From Patescibacteria group bacterium (GTDB lineage Bacteria; Patescibacteriota; Kazan-3B-28; UBA10110): a DNA stretch of 64,000 bases. The notes under the pieces are model-generated. The model had not been told where the DNA came from, did no database searches, and saw only the letters and a list, made by a program, of their open reading frames with translations. Positions 63,045-64,000 of this stretch are shown piece by piece. The DNA lies in contig JBAZXK010000001.1 of the NCBI GenBank assembly GCA_041659905.1, positions 122,670 to 186,669 of the forward strand. The letters run 5' to 3'. The stretch's first letter is position 1. Every line of letters starts with the position of its first letter. The position numbers and the translations under genes are program-made.

Positions 63045-63920
63045 TTATTTGTTGAGTTGTGCTAACTTAAATTTCACAACTTTTTTCATAAAATCCAGAG
63101 TGGCGATTTTGATCCTGGTTCGGCGCCACGGTTGCGTCAAATATCGCCAAAACCACTCTAATCCCCTCTTTTGCAACCAAAGCGGAGCCCGTTTGGCTGG
63201 TTTAGCCTCCCCTGCCGGCGCATTAATGGCGATTCCTCCGGCGATAAAATCTAAGGCTCCACCGATACCGATAGCTATTGTGTCGGTAAATTCCCCTGCG
63301 TGATTTTTTATCCACTGGAGTTGCTTGGGAGCAGTCAAAGCCAAAAAGATAAATTTTGGTTGAGCCGATTTGATCTGATGAATCACCTGCTCTTCGCTGT
63401 CATAAGGCGGACCTGCCATCACTCCGGCAATCTGCAAATTAGGATAGAGCCACTGCAAACATTTAGCAGCTTCATTACCGACACCGGGAGCTCCTCCCAC
63501 TAAAAATATTTTCCAATTCCGTTCTGCTGCCAATTTACTTATTTCCCACACCATATCGGCTCCTGTCACGCGCTCGGGAATGATATCGGTCAATGCGGCC
63601 GGTTTAATGATTATATTTATCCCTGAACAGAGCCATTGCCAATAGGCCTGCACGAGAGCCAATGGGCGCCACTTACTCAAAGGCAAGGCCAGATACTTAG
63701 CCGCCCAGAGTACGCCCACGCCATCCGGCAGAGCTAAATCGGCGGCATTAACCACATCGCGAAAATCGGTATCTGTTTGCGATTGCATCACAAATTCCGG
63801 ATTCGGCGTCACAATATAATGACTCCGGCCATCATTAGCCAGCTGTACAATATAATCCAACGCTTCCACGGCAGTGAAAGTATCTATTTTGATACCCAAA
63901 ATGTCTATAATTTTCCGCAT
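63045..63920 (-). CDS. WecB/TagA/CpsF-family (GT26) glycosyltransferase
   Basis: ILGIKIDTFT..EAL..I.......YIVTPNPEFV...ADLALPDGVGVLWAAK is the family signature. Confidence 0.7.
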   Translation of the reverse strand: MRKIIDILGIKIDTFTAVEALDYIVQLANDGRSHYIVTPNPEFVMQSQTDTDFRDVVNAADLALPDGVGVLWAAKYLALPLSKWRPLALVQAYWQWLCSGINIIIKPAALTDIIPERVTGADMVWEISKLAAERNWKIFLVGGAPGVGNEAAKCLQWLYPNLQIAGVMAGPPYDSEEQVIHQIKSAQPKFIFLALTAPKQLQWIKNHAGEFTDTIAIGIGGALDFIAGGIAINAPAGEAKPAKRAPLWLQKRGLEWFWRYLTQPWRRTRIKIATLDFMKKVVKFKLAQLNK

Positions 63921-64000
63921 GCCTTCAGTTCTTCTTTGATTAATTTTATCATTCCGGCTTTAAATTTGTCTTTGCTAAATTTTTGGGCCTGTGCCGAAAT
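63905..64000 (-). CDS. 3' end of an unidentified gene running off the window; overlaps the start of the GT26 gene
   Basis: Open frame ...KFKAGMIKLIKEELKACGKL* with no stop until 63905. Confidence 0.35.
   Translation of the reverse strand: MSAQAQKFSKDKFKAGMIKLIKEELKACGKL

Overview
This window is a gene-dense, AT-rich bacterial chromosomal segment. By gene content (GatCAB, a short archaeal-type class II Asp/Asn-tRNA ligase, a short GluRS, many small membrane proteins, VirD4/TraG-like ATPases) it looks like a small-genome, CPR/Patescibacteria-like organism. It carries about 60 CDS, two tRNAs (Glu-CUC on +, Gln-CUG on -), and no rRNA or CRISPR array. The left 14.5 kb is a same-strand DNA-repair cluster: uvrB (5' end runs off the window), dprA, topA, uvrA and uvrC. 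An AT-rich MmeI-like single-chain Type IIG restriction-modification gene sits between the normally adjacent dprA-topA pair. The rest includes ligA, a HAD hydrolase, a SIMPL protein, a gatC-gatA-X-gatB operon, two paralogous membrane-anchored VirD4/TraG-like ATPases, an M23 peptidase, mfd, pth, der, dacA, a PGI/PMI, nfo, a peroxiredoxin, an ATP-dependent ligase plus LigD-type polymerase (NHEJ-like pair without Ku), an LRR lipoprotein, an ABC exporter, a GT4 glycosyltransferase, gltX and a WecB/TagA-family transferase. The most unusual sequence-level signals are two families of GC-rich palindromic mini-repeats. Family A (GTCATYCYGAGCG...CGCTCRGRATGAC) occurs four times, once as an in-frame ~100-nt insertion in uvrC. 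Family B (core GGAGGTTAGGAGGGGAG, built of hairpins) occurs in at least four copies, once in-frame inside the ATP-dependent ligase and once donating the Shine-Dalgarno sequence of dacA. Other signals: a conserved TTGACT-GGGAGCnGGTTTT promoter module shared by three minus-strand envelope genes, a duplicated terminator-plus-24-nt AT-palindrome cassette, an operon of three tiny proteins, and structured GC-rich noncoding spacers (pth-mfd spacer, 30.3-30.7 kb). All calls come from reading the sequence and ORF translations; no database searches were run.
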